IMG/VR virus record: IMGVR_UViG_3300024246_000006
Location: 1 to 53,107 of that record
Strand: one strand, 5' to 3'
From: a virus
Taxonomy: Duplodnaviria > Caudoviricetes
DNA length: 53,107 nt
Shown: positions 1 through 8,796 of the stretch, piece by piece
Numbering within the stretch: position 1 is the first letter of the stretch
How the letters are laid out: each line of letters opens with the position of its first letter
Translations under genes and position numbers: made by a program
The notes under the pieces: model-generated
Database searches by the model: none
What the model saw: the letters and a program-made list of their open reading frames with translations, nothing else
What the model was told of the DNA's origin: nothing

Positions 1-12
1 GCGCGCAGTGCT
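1..12. other. cosN cohesive-end 12-mer (left copy)
   Basis: GCGCGCAGTGCT at 1-12 is identical to 53096-53107. It is flanked by CGCG on both sides when circularised and lies next to the small terminase gene. Confidence 0.85.
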
Positions 13-34
13 CGCGGGTGGTAAAGGGCCAGGA

Positions 35-41
35 AGGACCC
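35..41 (-). promoter_or_regulatory. cosQ-like packaging termination site
   Basis: Minus strand reads GGGTCCT (identical to lambda cosQ), 22 nt before the 12-mer. Confidence 0.75.
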
Positions 42-84
42 AAGCTACTACACGCACATGACTATGCGTTGCCTTACTCCACGA

Positions 85-765
85 TCAACGAGAGGTGGCC
101 ATTGCCTTGGCCAGTGCGCGGCCGAACTCCGCGTCCCAGTGCATCGACACGATGCGCTGCGCCTGCGCTCCCCAACCCAGGTGCTGCTTCACGGGTATCG
201 CATCACCGAAGCGAATGACGAGCTTAAGCTTCCCCGTCGTATTGCTCAGCTTGCTGATGCGAGAGCGACCTCGCCTCGCTGTCTTGGCTCGACGGAAAGG
301 CCGCTGCCATACACCGTTCACCAGCTTGCCGTCCTTGGTCTTCACCGTACCCACAAAGACATCAGGGCGCCCCTTCAGGCTCGCGAGCTTGCGCCGTGGG
401 ATGTTGCCGTACTGATCGAGCGCTACGCCCTTCGGGTTCAACCAGGTGTTGCCAGCGCCGATCAGTTTGTGCGTGCCGCCCCTCTCGAAGGGCTCAAGAT
501 ACGCAGCAGCAATGTCCCTCACGTAGACGATCGCTTCGGGATCGGCCTTCGTCGCCGGCTTGATGCCGATCGAGTTCAGCGTAAAGGGCGTCGCCGTGGG
601 AAAGACCGACTTCAGATTGTCGACCTCGCCGGCCTTCACCAGCTTCGCCACGGCGTTGATGGCCTGCGCCGTGGCGAAAGGCACCTGCTGATACGCCAAC
701 TGCGCGAGCCGACGCGAAACCTCTTTCACATTCGAGCGGACCGAGATGGATAGATCATCGGCCAT
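85..765 (-). CDS. phage late protein (possible tail-completion/neck protein)
   Basis: Start taken at MADDLSISVRSNV, downstream of the pR'/tR'-like signals; basic protein; first gene of the late transcript. Confidence 0.6.
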   Translation of the reverse strand: MADDLSISVRSNVKEVSRRLAQLAYQQVPFATAQAINAVAKLVKAGEVDNLKSVFPTATPFTLNSIGIKPATKADPEAIVYVRDIAAAYLEPFERGGTHKLIGAGNTWLNPKGVALDQYGNIPRRKLASLKGRPDVFVGTVKTKDGKLVNGVWQRPFRRAKTARRGRSRISKLSNTTGKLKLVIRFGDAIPVKQHLGWGAQAQRIVSMHWDAEFGRALAKAMATSR

Positions 766-792
766 CAGCTCGCGCCCCGGCGCATGCACAAC

Positions 793-827
793 AAAAAACC
801 CGAGGCAGGCAAATCTGCTCTCGGGTT
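793..827 (-). terminator. intrinsic terminator (tR'-like)
   Basis: AACCCGAG...CTCGGGTT stem followed by a U-tract on the minus strand, just downstream of the late promoter. Confidence 0.75.
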
Positions 828-854
828 CAGTGACACAACTTCTAGCGTGCCCGA

Positions 855-884
855 ATTGTGCGTTTTTCTTTTCCTTGATGTCAA
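855..884 (-). promoter_or_regulatory. late promoter (pR'-like)
   Basis: TTGACA-N18-CACAAT on the minus strand at the end of the Q-like gene. Confidence 0.65.
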
Positions 885-1306
885 GCCCCCACAGCAACTT
901 TTTTTGCAACCGGTTCGGACCAGGCATCGATCGTGAGGCCAGCAGCCATCGCGTTCAATGAATCCATGATGCATACGTGCGCATCATGGAGCTTGTAGTA
1001 AAGCGTCTTCGTGCTGCCGATCCCCAGATCACGCATTTTCTGCTGGATGGTCCCGCGACCGGCATAGTAGACCTCGACCGTTTGTTTCAATACCGGATGA
1101 AGAGCACACACCGCGCGATCGGTCGCGACGCACTCGATGTCTTGCACCGGTACGTAAGGCGGTGGCGCACCGGGCCGATACCAGCCGGCATCCTGATCGG
1201 CGCCAATGCTTCGGTAAGCAGGGTATGGACTCTGGCTTCCGCCCTGGTAGGCGAACAACTTCCACCGCGCCCAGCTCATCAATCGATTATCGATGTGTTG
1301 AATCAT
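881..1306 (-). CDS. antitermination protein Q-like late regulator
   Basis: IDNRLMSWARW N-terminus and C-terminal HTH-like segment (QQKMRDLGIGSTKTLYYKL); lies directly before a promoter-terminator pair. Confidence 0.7.
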   Translation of the reverse strand: MIQHIDNRLMSWARWKLFAYQGGSQSPYPAYRSIGADQDAGWYRPGAPPPYVPVQDIECVATDRAVCALHPVLKQTVEVYYAGRGTIQQKMRDLGIGSTKTLYYKLHDAHVCIMDSLNAMAAGLTIDAWSEPVAKKVAVGA

Positions 1307-1320
1307 CTTTTCTCCCGGCA

Positions 1321-1591
1321 GCCCGTAACACCCTCAGCACAGCTCGTAACAGCCTTTTTCTTTTTCCATTCCATCCGTTGATGAGGGTGTTACGGGCGGT
1401 GAGGGGTAAACGGCGAATCCGCGTGCACGCACGCGCGCCTGTCCGCGTGCGCACGCACGCAGGCACGCGCGCTCGCATACGCGCACATGCGCAATAGCCC
1501 GTAACACCCGTAACACCCTCATCAAACCTATGTTCCAACAGGCGTTATTACTGTTACGGGCTGTGCTGCGGGCTCGGGGTAGCCCGTAACA
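1321..1591. repeat. putative replication origin with iterons
   Basis: Seven C(C/T)CGTAACA copies in both orientations (1322, 1343, 1388rc, 1498, 1507, 1552rc, 1583); 19-bp perfect inverted repeat 1378-1396/1507-1525; directly downstream of the primase/helicase. Confidence 0.7.
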
Positions 1592-1661
1592 GCCCGCACC
1601 CCATGAAGCGCGCGCGAGCGCTTCGCGACCGGTGCCGCGACGCACCGATGGACCCAAACGA

Positions 1662-4301
1662 TCAAGCCTCACGGCTCACCCCACAATAAAGCTGTGCCGC
1701 TTTCGCGAACTTCATCACGGCATCATCGAGCCATTGCTGCTCGGCCTTCTGCCGCTCGAGCGCATCGGTCAGCTCGCTCGCGAACGGTTCTCCCATCAGG
1801 TACACGCGGCGCTGCTTTCGAATATCGCTACGCGACCAGCCGGCGGACGTGCACTCGGGAACGAACACCCTGGGCTGCACGCGCCTCACGCCGTTCATCG
1901 ACATGAATTCTGGCGAGAAGAAATTCGACTGCAGCGGCATCTTTACGCTGTGGCGCCGGCACCAGGAGAGATAACACCGGAAGAGATCATCGAAGAGCGC
2001 CGGGCCATAGGGCAGATCGAGCAAGCCGGCGTGCAGCTCCTCCCAGAAGAGCTGCGGGGACTTCATACCGATTTCAATGAGCTCACGCTTTGCCTCAGTG
2101 GCCAGCGGTTTCGTGTGTTCATGGAAATCACCGAGCTCGAGATCGAGCAGGTACTTATACAACGCGGCCGACCCGCCCGCGGCGATCTCGGCCGAGACCG
2201 CGCGGTAATAGGCTTCATCGCGCGGCGGCGGCGTGCGCACCATCATGTAGCGCCGATCGTCGATGTTCAACTTGATCGGCTGCAGCTCGTTGGAAAAGAA
2301 CACCGCATTGACGTGGTTGTCCTCCTCACGCGCATCACGCTGCTTGCGGTTGATCGTGATGCGCGATTCCGTGATCAGGTGGCGCAGGTAGCCGCTGATA
2401 TGGCCCATCTCCTGGCGCGTCACTACCTCGTTCGCGATGATGAAGAGCTTCGCGGAGAGCCAGATGTTGAATTTGTCCTCCAGCTCACGCTGGGTGATAT
2501 AGCCGCTATGCTGGCCGTAGATCTCGCGCACCGAACCGAAGAAAAGATTCTTGCCCGTGCCTTCCTTGCCAGCGAAGATGAGCGCGGTCTGCATTTTCGC
2601 GCCCAGGTGCTGCAGCGGATAGGCGAGCCATTTCAGCACCCACTCGGTGACCGGCGTTTGCTCCTGATCGGCTTCGCCGCACAGGTACTGGAGAAGGCCA
2701 AGCTGCTTTTCGCATGAGCCCTCGGTCGAAGGCGTGAGCGGCAATCCGCGAAAGAGGTTAAGGTGCGGCCCTTTCGACTTGCCGGCGGGATCGAACACCA
2801 CGTTGGGCAGGTCGACATCGCGGCGCTTCGCGCTCGCCAACCACATGCCGACCCAGTCCGCGCCGAACTTGTAGCGCATCGCCGTGATCTGCACGATGTC
2901 GCCAAGCTGATGGTCATAGGCGGTATCGGTCGGATAGATATAGGTGAAGCGATTGACCAGGTGCCAGAAGCGCTCCCACTGCGGCTCGTCCGGGCCGTGA
3001 CCGCCGCCGCGATCTCCACCGCGGCCCTTGCGTTTGTCCTTGGCGCCAGCCTTGCTGACCGGCGAGGGTTCGCCCTTGTGACCCGCGAGCGCCATCTCGA
3101 TGGCATCCGCGATCTGCCGCTCGACGGCAGCCAGGCCATCGGCAGCGTGCAGATCGTTGAAGTCGGTGAACTTGGGCAGCTCCGGATTCGCATGAATCTC
3201 GCGTGCCTTGAACACAGGCCAGCACACGCGCGCCGGCTGCACCGCTCGCGCGGCTTCGTTCGCACAGGTGCGCCCGGCGTTCTTGATGACGAACGTATGC
3301 GGTTTATCGAGCGGGCCAGAAGGGTTTGGAGCGAAGACCGCGCCAGTCATGAGCTGCACGCCGTCATCATCGCCGTGCCATTCAGCGCCGACCTTGATCG
3401 CTCCGCCCTTGCCTGCGAACTCGGTGATCGCCTCGGTGACGCGGTAGAGCGCATCGGGCACGTCGAACTCGTTTCGTAGCCGCTTGCTCAACTGCGCCTC
3501 GAGGTACGCGTCATCGTCGGCGCAGAAGAGAAACGGCGAATGCGGATAAAGCTTGCGCAGGATCGCGGCGACAGCGGCGAGGTTGCCCGCGTCGAACGCG
3601 ACGTATACAGGACGCGATCGTCCCGTCGCCTGGCGAATCGATAGACCGGTGGCGACGCCCTCCACGATGATGAGGAGATCGCCATCCTTCGGACTGCGGC
3701 CAAGACGACAGGCCGAGCCGACCTTCATCATGCCCTTGTTGAAGAGCTTGACCCCGTCCGGTGCGATCTTCTGCAGCCCGACCAGGCGCCGCGGCGCATC
3801 CTCCTCCGCGCTTTTCTCCTGCTCCTCGGTGACGTCGTAGCGCACCATCGGCACGAGCAGCGTGCCATCGGCAGCGAAGCGCAAGCCTTTGTCGGGCTCG
3901 ACGCCCTTCCTTTGCAGATAAGGCGATTCGCCCGTCGCGCGGCCGTTGTGATATTGATCGCGCGCGCGGTTGGCTGCGAATCTCGCGCGCTCCGCGCGCT
4001 TCGCCTCCTCGCGCTGCTCGAGCTCGGCCTGGGAGCGCTTAAGCCGCTCGGCTTCGACGGCATCCATGCCCTCGTAGTCAGTATCGACCTTGATGGCGCC
4101 GGCATCGTTGCCGCGCCAGATGCCGAACGTGCCGCTGATGTAGCGCCGGCCGGTGCGCCCGACGAATTCGTGGAGCTTGTACCAGGCCTTGCTCTTCTTG
4201 CCGAAGCGATGGAACTTGCCGTCAGGGATCGGGTGACCGGCCGGCAGTGGCGGCATGTCCGCCGCCATCATCTGGCTCACTACCTGGTCCAGGGTGGCCA
4301 T
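1662..4301 (-). CDS. DNA primase/helicase (Toprim plus SF3/D5-like helicase)
   Basis: Toprim motifs IVEGVATG, AFDAGNL, ADDD and TDFNDL; Walker A GKEGTGKN; helicase motifs IIANE and FFSN. Confidence 0.9.
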   Translation of the reverse strand: MATLDQVVSQMMAADMPPLPAGHPIPDGKFHRFGKKSKAWYKLHEFVGRTGRRYISGTFGIWRGNDAGAIKVDTDYEGMDAVEAERLKRSQAELEQREEAKRAERARFAANRARDQYHNGRATGESPYLQRKGVEPDKGLRFAADGTLLVPMVRYDVTEEQEKSAEEDAPRRLVGLQKIAPDGVKLFNKGMMKVGSACRLGRSPKDGDLLIIVEGVATGLSIRQATGRSRPVYVAFDAGNLAAVAAILRKLYPHSPFLFCADDDAYLEAQLSKRLRNEFDVPDALYRVTEAITEFAGKGGAIKVGAEWHGDDDGVQLMTGAVFAPNPSGPLDKPHTFVIKNAGRTCANEAARAVQPARVCWPVFKAREIHANPELPKFTDFNDLHAADGLAAVERQIADAIEMALAGHKGEPSPVSKAGAKDKRKGRGGDRGGGHGPDEPQWERFWHLVNRFTYIYPTDTAYDHQLGDIVQITAMRYKFGADWVGMWLASAKRRDVDLPNVVFDPAGKSKGPHLNLFRGLPLTPSTEGSCEKQLGLLQYLCGEADQEQTPVTEWVLKWLAYPLQHLGAKMQTALIFAGKEGTGKNLFFGSVREIYGQHSGYITQRELEDKFNIWLSAKLFIIANEVVTRQEMGHISGYLRHLITESRITINRKQRDAREEDNHVNAVFFSNELQPIKLNIDDRRYMMVRTPPPRDEAYYRAVSAEIAAGGSAALYKYLLDLELGDFHEHTKPLATEAKRELIEIGMKSPQLFWEELHAGLLDLPYGPALFDDLFRCYLSWCRRHSVKMPLQSNFFSPEFMSMNGVRRVQPRVFVPECTSAGWSRSDIRKQRRVYLMGEPFASELTDALERQKAEQQWLDDAVMKFAKAAQLYCGVSREA

Positions 4302-4304
4302 CGG

Positions 4305-4550
4305 TCAGGTCGATGGCGCGAGTTGCAACACTGGTTTGACGCCCGGATCACCGGATGGCGCATCGATCTCGATCGTTTCGCCGTCTTTCCACCACGGCTC
4401 GAGGTCACGCGGCTTGGCGGCGATCGATGCGATCGGAATCGCGAACAGGCATTCGAAGCCATTGGGGAAAACATCAGAGCGGTGCCCTCGATTTACGTAG
4501 CGCACGATCGCATGATCAGGCCAGGCGGCCCGCGCCTCGTCGAAGGTCAT
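4305..4550 (-). CDS. hypothetical phage protein
   Basis: Tightly packed in the early operon. Confidence 0.55.
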   Translation of the reverse strand: MTFDEARAAWPDHAIVRYVNRGHRSDVFPNGFECLFAIPIASIAAKPRDLEPWWKDGETIEIDAPSGDPGVKPVLQLAPST

Positions 4551-4777
4551 GGCTCGAAGGGATCGATCAGTTCAAGCTGCGGGTTGAGATCGAGCGCATC
4601 CATGCGCAGGCGCTTCACCGCGGCGCGAAACGACGTATGCATGGATACGCGCTGGCTCCAGTTGCCAACGGTCACGGCGTAGGTTGACAGTGCGCCGTAC
4701 ACGGGACAGAAGTCGAAGGCGACACGCTGCCTGCGCAGCGATTCGAAGAATTCTTCGATGCGGTGCGTGTCGCTCAT
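4547..4777 (-). CDS. hypothetical phage protein
   Basis: 4-nt overlaps with both neighbours. Confidence 0.55.
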   Translation of the reverse strand: MSDTHRIEEFFESLRRQRVAFDFCPVYGALSTYAVTVGNWSQRVSMHTSFRAAVKRLRMDALDLNPQLELIDPFEP

Positions 4778-5124
4778 TTACGCCGCCCCGCGAGGCGATA
4801 GGTCTTGTGCCAGGCCTTGCCGCTCGCTTTGACTGCGCCGGTATGCACGAGCTGCGACAGGTTGGTCGGGATGCGCTTGGCTGGCCAGGCGGGGAGCGCC
4901 GCGCGGATCTCCTGCAAACCCATGCCGGCATCGCCGGCACGCTTCAATACCGCGATGATGGCGGCGCCGATGCCCCTGGCATGCCCCCCCCCAGTGCCGG
5001 CGTTATCTTCGGGCTTGGGCGGCGAGCGCTCGATGTGCATGACCGGCGCGATGCGATGCTGCGCGAGTTGCTCCTCTAGCTCGGCGATACGCAGCAGGTG
5101 CGGCCCGAGGTACTGGCCGCTCAT
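4774..5124 (-). CDS. hypothetical protein, possible winged-helix C-terminus
   Basis: Start MSGQYL overlaps the upstream stop; IIAVLKRAGDAGMGLQEI...LSQLVHTGAV resembles a wHTH. Confidence 0.5.
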   Translation of the reverse strand: MSGQYLGPHLLRIAELEEQLAQHRIAPVMHIERSPPKPEDNAGTGGGHARGIGAAIIAVLKRAGDAGMGLQEIRAALPAWPAKRIPTNLSQLVHTGAVKASGKAWHKTYRLAGRRK

Positions 5125-5321
5125 GATGCGCACTCCTCTTTCTCGGATTCCGGCGCGCCCTCTGGCGCGGTGAGCTCGAGCGGCACCGGCTTGCCGGTGG
5201 TCGCGGCGATCATGTGGTGATACCAAAGCTCCCTTAACTTCATTGTTTTTCTCGGATCGTTTATCGCGGCTATTTTTGCCGCCAGTGCCTGCGCAATTTC
5301 GAAATCGCGCGGGCTCTTCAT
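5121..5321 (-). CDS. hypothetical phage protein
   Basis: Operon packing. Confidence 0.5.
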   Translation of the reverse strand: MKSPRDFEIAQALAAKIAAINDPRKTMKLRELWYHHMIAATTGKPVPLELTAPEGAPESEKEECAS

Positions 5322-5519
5322 CTAACTTTTTATCCTCGCTCGAATAGCGGCCTCGGCATCGCGCAACTCCGCGCGCGCCATGCGCTCCACAGACGGCGAG
5401 CGGGCCACGATCAGTTCCATGCGAAGGCGCACCAGCTTGCGCCGCTCATCGGCGTCGGCCTCGCGCGCGAGATCGGGATCGAGCGGAGGCAACTTTTCTT
5501 TGGCGGCGCTGGCGCTCAT
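5322..5519 (-). CDS. hypothetical phage protein
   Basis: Operon packing, ATGA overlap. Confidence 0.5.
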   Translation of the reverse strand: MSASAAKEKLPPLDPDLAREADADERRKLVRLRMELIVARSPSVERMARAELRDAEAAIRARIKS

Positions 5520-5920
5520 CGCACGGCCTGCAATGGAGTTTGCGTGAGGCGCTCGATGCGCTCGACCATGCGGCGCTGCTCGGCGACGGAATTGATGAAC
5601 TGCCGCTGCAGCGTCACCAGCTCGTCGTGCGGCTCGATCGGCTTGCTCGGCTCATAGCCAAGTTCGCAGTCGATCCAGTGCTTCGCCGCGTGATAGCCGG
5701 CATCGCGCGCCAGGCGCAGCAGCCGGAAGATCTGTTGTGGCGAGAAGCGCTCGCGCTTTTCAGGGTTGAGACAATCGCGCACCCACTGGCTGCAGGCCTC
5801 GGGTCGGTGCGCGAGATCGGGGCGGAGCATGGAGCCGATTTTCTTCGGACCGCCGAGCGCGGTGACCACGCCCACCATGGCGTCGTCGATGTCTTCGAAG
5901 AGAGCTAAATCGTTTTGCAT
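5516..5920 (-). CDS. CII-like phage regulatory protein
   Basis: Lies after cro; ALGGPKKIG...DCLNPEKRERFS motif and a C-terminal coiled coil. Confidence 0.6.
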   Translation of the reverse strand: MQNDLALFEDIDDAMVGVVTALGGPKKIGSMLRPDLAHRPEACSQWVRDCLNPEKRERFSPQQIFRLLRLARDAGYHAAKHWIDCELGYEPSKPIEPHDELVTLQRQFINSVAEQRRMVERIERLTQTPLQAVR

Positions 5921-6031
5921 AATTGTCTTGTCCCTGAATGTCCCTTTTTTGGTACCCCGTCAGGGACAGCCAGGGACAGCCTTTCTCCGGGCAAAAAAAT
6001 ATACTGGCGTCATGGGCGCCAGCTTTCGAAT

Positions 6032-6062
6032 AAAAAAGCCGCGGGGCCGATGGACCCGCGGC
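6032..6062 (-). terminator. intrinsic terminator (tR1-like)
   Basis: GCCGCGGG...CCCGCGGC stem followed by T6 on the minus strand, upstream of the cII-like gene. Confidence 0.65.
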
Positions 6063-6168
6063 GGAGGTCGCACCAAAGGAGGAGGAGATGGCGCGAAGAA
6101 AAGGGAGAGGCTCACCGCCATGCTAGACTTTGATCGCGAGAACATTGTCATCACAGACGGGAGCCCCT

Positions 6169-6444
6169 ATGGAATCGAATCCGGCAGATGTGTTCGTTGG
6201 CCGTATGATCGTCATCGAATATCTTCTTTCAGAGCTTCTGTTTCGCTCCATTGCAGCCAATCCAGACAGGAAGCGGCTCGCAGAAGTGCAGCGTCGCCAT
6301 TTGGATCGGCGATTGCGCTACCGGCTGGAGGTACCGGGAGTGACGGCCACGGGCGGCGATCCCCTCGCTGTTCAGAAAGCCGCACTCGATCACCTGGATC
6401 ACATACTGAAGCAATCGGAAGCGCTGATCGCAGAGATGGATTGA
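6169..6444 (+). CDS. hypothetical protein (counter-oriented, immunity region)
   Basis: GGGAG RBS before ATG; amphipathic-helix-like sequence. Confidence 0.5.
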   Translation: MESNPADVFVGRMIVIEYLLSELLFRSIAANPDRKRLAEVQRRHLDRRLRYRLEVPGVTATGGDPLAVQKAALDHLDHILKQSEALIAEMD

Positions 6445-6496
6445 GCGGGGTCACGCCGCGGCCTCCCGCCGTATTACCCACTGAAAGGAAAATCCC

Positions 6497-6736
6497 ATGA
6501 CACCGATCGAAGGCGATCTATTCATCTCACTGGCGGCTATCGAGGCTGTCATCAACGCCATGTTGCTTGCCCACCCGAATCCCAATGCCGTTTTGCAGCA
6601 ATTGCCGCGATGCGAAGACACTGCCATAGCAGCCTTGCGCGAGAAAAAATTCCCTGAGTTCGGGTTGAAGCGGATTCAGGAGTTGATCGCCGTATTTCGC
6701 GCCAAGCTTGATCAAGCGCCGCGCGAGCTTCACTGA
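6497..6736 (+). CDS. hypothetical protein (counter-oriented, immunity region)
   Basis: AAGGA RBS; protein-like composition. Confidence 0.5.
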   Translation: MTPIEGDLFISLAAIEAVINAMLLAHPNPNAVLQQLPRCEDTAIAALREKKFPEFGLKRIQELIAVFRAKLDQAPRELH

Positions 6737-6848
6737 ACGAGATATCGGCCAGATTGCCAGGGACACCCTTGGCGCAGACCGTGTTAGTGACGCGCCGATC
6801 TCCCATCTCGATGGTCTTGGTTACGGTGATGTCCAGCGCTTCGCTCAT
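6552..6848 (-). CDS. hypothetical protein downstream of cro
   Basis: ATGA overlap with the cro stop; its 3' half overlaps 6497..6736 in antisense. Confidence 0.4.
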   Translation of the reverse strand: MSEALDITVTKTIEMGDRRVTNTVCAKGVPGNLADISFSEARAALDQAWREIRRSTPESASTRTQGIFSRARLLWQCLRIAAIAAKRHWDSGGQATWR

Positions 6849-7087
6849 GCCGCGGCCTCCTGCGATCGCAACCGATCGTCTTGGACATACCGCTCGGGAT
6901 ACAGAATTTGCAACTCGTTAATCATCGCCTCGCCAAAGAATTTGACTATGGCTGCCGCATTTTCTGGAGTTGTGCGAGCGCCGTTCTCTATTCGGCTCAA
7001 GGTGCCCTGATCAATACCGGTGCCCTGCTCCACCTGTTTTTGGGTGAACCCGCGGCGCACTCGAAGCTTTTTCAGTGGTGTTTCCAT
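6845..7087 (-). CDS. Cro-like XRE HTH regulator
   Basis: LKKLRVRRGFTQKQVEQGTGIDQGTLSRIENG HTH; divergent from the repressor. Confidence 0.85.
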   Translation of the reverse strand: METPLKKLRVRRGFTQKQVEQGTGIDQGTLSRIENGARTTPENAAAIVKFFGEAMINELQILYPERYVQDDRLRSQEAAA

Positions 7088-7098
7088 AATTAGCGCAG

Positions 7099-7150
7099 AT
7101 TATGTGTGTGATGGATATTCATTGTCAACATCTTTATGCGTGCCGAGCAT
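7099..7150 (-). promoter_or_regulatory. pR-like promoter with operator-like sites
   Basis: TTGACA-N18-CATAAT on the minus strand (7128-7099); ATGCG-N5-AGCAT at 7136-7150 resembles the operators at 8518 and 8543. Confidence 0.6.
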
Positions 7151-7185
7151 TGGCCAAGCGACCGACGCCGTTTACCCTTACCGTC

Positions 7186-7626
7186 ATGGACTACGAACAA
7201 TTCATGCGCGCACTCGGCAAACGTATCAAGGCATTACGTGAAGCGAAGGAGTTGACTCAAATTCAGGTTTCGGCTGATTCCGGGCTGGATCAAGCCAGTA
7301 TCTCTCGCGTTGAAAATGGCGAGCAGGGACTAGATTCTAGGGCGCTCGTTGGACTAGCCAACGCATTGAATGTGCCGGTATCAGACCTTACCGCTGTGGA
7401 AAATACGCTGCCCGCTAACGATACGTCGGCGATCGAAGGGTTCACTGTTTGGAAGAGTTGGAGCGCACTCCCTGAGGAGACGCGCATTGCGCTCCGCCAA
7501 ATTGTTCGATTGGCTCTTAGGGCAAAAAGTGACCCGGAGGTAGCAAAGCACATCCGGCCGGCGCCGAAAATCAAAAAAAAAGGGCGAAAGCGGTCAACGA
7601 AACCCAGGAGATCAATGGTGCCATGA
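7186..7626 (+). CDS. CI-like repressor (XRE HTH, no S24 peptidase domain)
   Basis: LGKRIKALREAKELTQIQVS...QASISRVENG HTH; divergent from cro. Confidence 0.85.
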   Translation: MDYEQFMRALGKRIKALREAKELTQIQVSADSGLDQASISRVENGEQGLDSRALVGLANALNVPVSDLTAVENTLPANDTSAIEGFTVWKSWSALPEETRIALRQIVRLALRAKSDPEVAKHIRPAPKIKKKGRKRSTKPRRSMVP

Positions 7627-7910
7627 ACCTCAAACCGCAGGAGGAAATCCTCGTCGAACTATTCCGGCAACTCGCCCCCGAGCAACGCCGCGAACTGCTT
7701 AAAGGTCTACGCGCCCTAGTGGACGCGAATCGCCTCTCGCAGAAGAAAATGAAACGCCCGCTCGACGTTGTTGGCAATGCGCGCATCGAGCAGCGATTCG
7801 GCCTGCCCCCAGCGCCGGGCAAGAAGAAACCAAAGAAGAAGAGAACGCAGCGATCCGCGCCGCCACGACCGCCCGGCACGCCGCTCGATGATGCCCTCGG
7901 CACAGATTAG
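7623..7910 (+). CDS. small protein co-transcribed with the repressor
   Basis: ATGA overlap; EEILVELFRQLAPEQRRELL resembles XRE C-terminal helices. Confidence 0.65.
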   Translation: MNLKPQEEILVELFRQLAPEQRRELLKGLRALVDANRLSQKKMKRPLDVVGNARIEQRFGLPPAPGKKKPKKKRTQRSAPPRPPGTPLDDALGTD

Positions 7911-8118
7911 CCATTGTCCGAAATGCAGTAAGCCGCCGACGACTTCCGCCGCCGTCGACGAGCGCACGATGTACCGGTGCGCGCCATGCGGCACGCAATG
8001 GTATGGAGCGCGCGGTACTCACGGCGTCGGTCTGCAACGGCTACTCGACGATATTGCGGAGCAGGTCGCAGGTAATGCTCGCCGATCTGCTCCAATACTG
8101 GCCGCGCGACATCTTTGA
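7888..8118 (+). CDS. possible zinc-ribbon protein
   Basis: CPKC and CAPC motifs. Confidence 0.35.
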   Translation: MMPSAQISHCPKCSKPPTTSAAVDERTMYRCAPCGTQWYGARGTHGVGLQRLLDDIAEQVAGNARRSAPILAARHL

Positions 8119-8165
8119 TGACTACGCCGGCAAGTGGTGCCGCTCGCACGGATTCGGCTATGCGG

Positions 8166-8477
8166 TCAGCACTCCCGTATCACCTTATCCCGAGGCAACC
8201 TCAATATCCCAACGTCGACGCCAGGCAGTTGCGGAAGCTGAGAAAGGTCGGGCTCGGTTTCACCTTCTACGACGATGATCGCCGCGCGCCAGATCCACCC
8301 CTGGCGCAGAAAGAAATTCTTCATTTCGCCGTTCTCCCAGTTGGCCTCCACCGCATACAGCTTTAAATATTCATCCACGATCGGCTGATACTGCCGCTTG
8401 GCCGGATCGATGATCCGGTGCGGCGGATCGATTTCAGTTCTTAGCTCTCCAAACTCCGCGAAGGTCATTCGTAACAT
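8166..8477 (-). CDS. hypothetical protein (counter-oriented)
   Basis: GGAGG RBS upstream; lower GC than neighbours. Confidence 0.45.
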   Translation of the reverse strand: MLRMTFAEFGELRTEIDPPHRIIDPAKRQYQPIVDEYLKLYAVEANWENGEMKNFFLRQGWIWRAAIIVVEGETEPDLSQLPQLPGVDVGILRLPRDKVIREC

Positions 8478-8517
8478 TTTTTCATCCTCCAGAGGGTAAG
8501 AATGCTAGCACATAAAA

Positions 8518-8557
8518 ATGTGCTTGACACATATCTTGAGCTATGTGTATAACGCAT
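8518..8557 (+). promoter_or_regulatory. pL-like promoter overlapped by two operator palindromes
   Basis: TTGACA (8524)-N18-TATAAC (8548); ATGTG-N5-CACAT at 8518-8532 and ATGTG-N5-CGCAT at 8543-8557. Confidence 0.75.
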
Positions 8558-8577
8558 ACTTCAGGGAGGGCAAGAAG

Positions 8578-8796
8578 ATGGTTACAGCAGCAGGCGAAGC
8601 GCGGATCACCCAGCGCGACGCGTTCTACAAAGTCCAGGATGCCAACACAGGGCTGTATCTCAGGCTCTGCCGTCCGCCGGTAACACTCACTGACTCCAAG
8701 CGCTGCACCTGGTTCACCACGCGCGAACAGGCTGAGGCTTGCGTCTCCGCGATTCTCGGCGCCGCGGCGGTCGACATCGTCAGGTGCGACGCATGA
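8578..8796 (+). CDS. hypothetical early protein
   Basis: GGGAGG RBS; first gene after the pL-like promoter. Confidence 0.6.
   Translation: MVTAAGEARITQRDAFYKVQDANTGLYLRLCRPPVTLTDSKRCTWFTTREQAEACVSAILGAAAVDIVRCDA

Noticed and set aside
1287-1672. ORFs across the iteron region
   Set aside because: They are low-complexity Arg/Ala/Val translations of the DNA repeats.
5960-5981. CAGGGACAGC direct repeat upstream of the cII-like gene
   Set aside because: Only two copies are present; it may be regulatory but the support is too thin to call.
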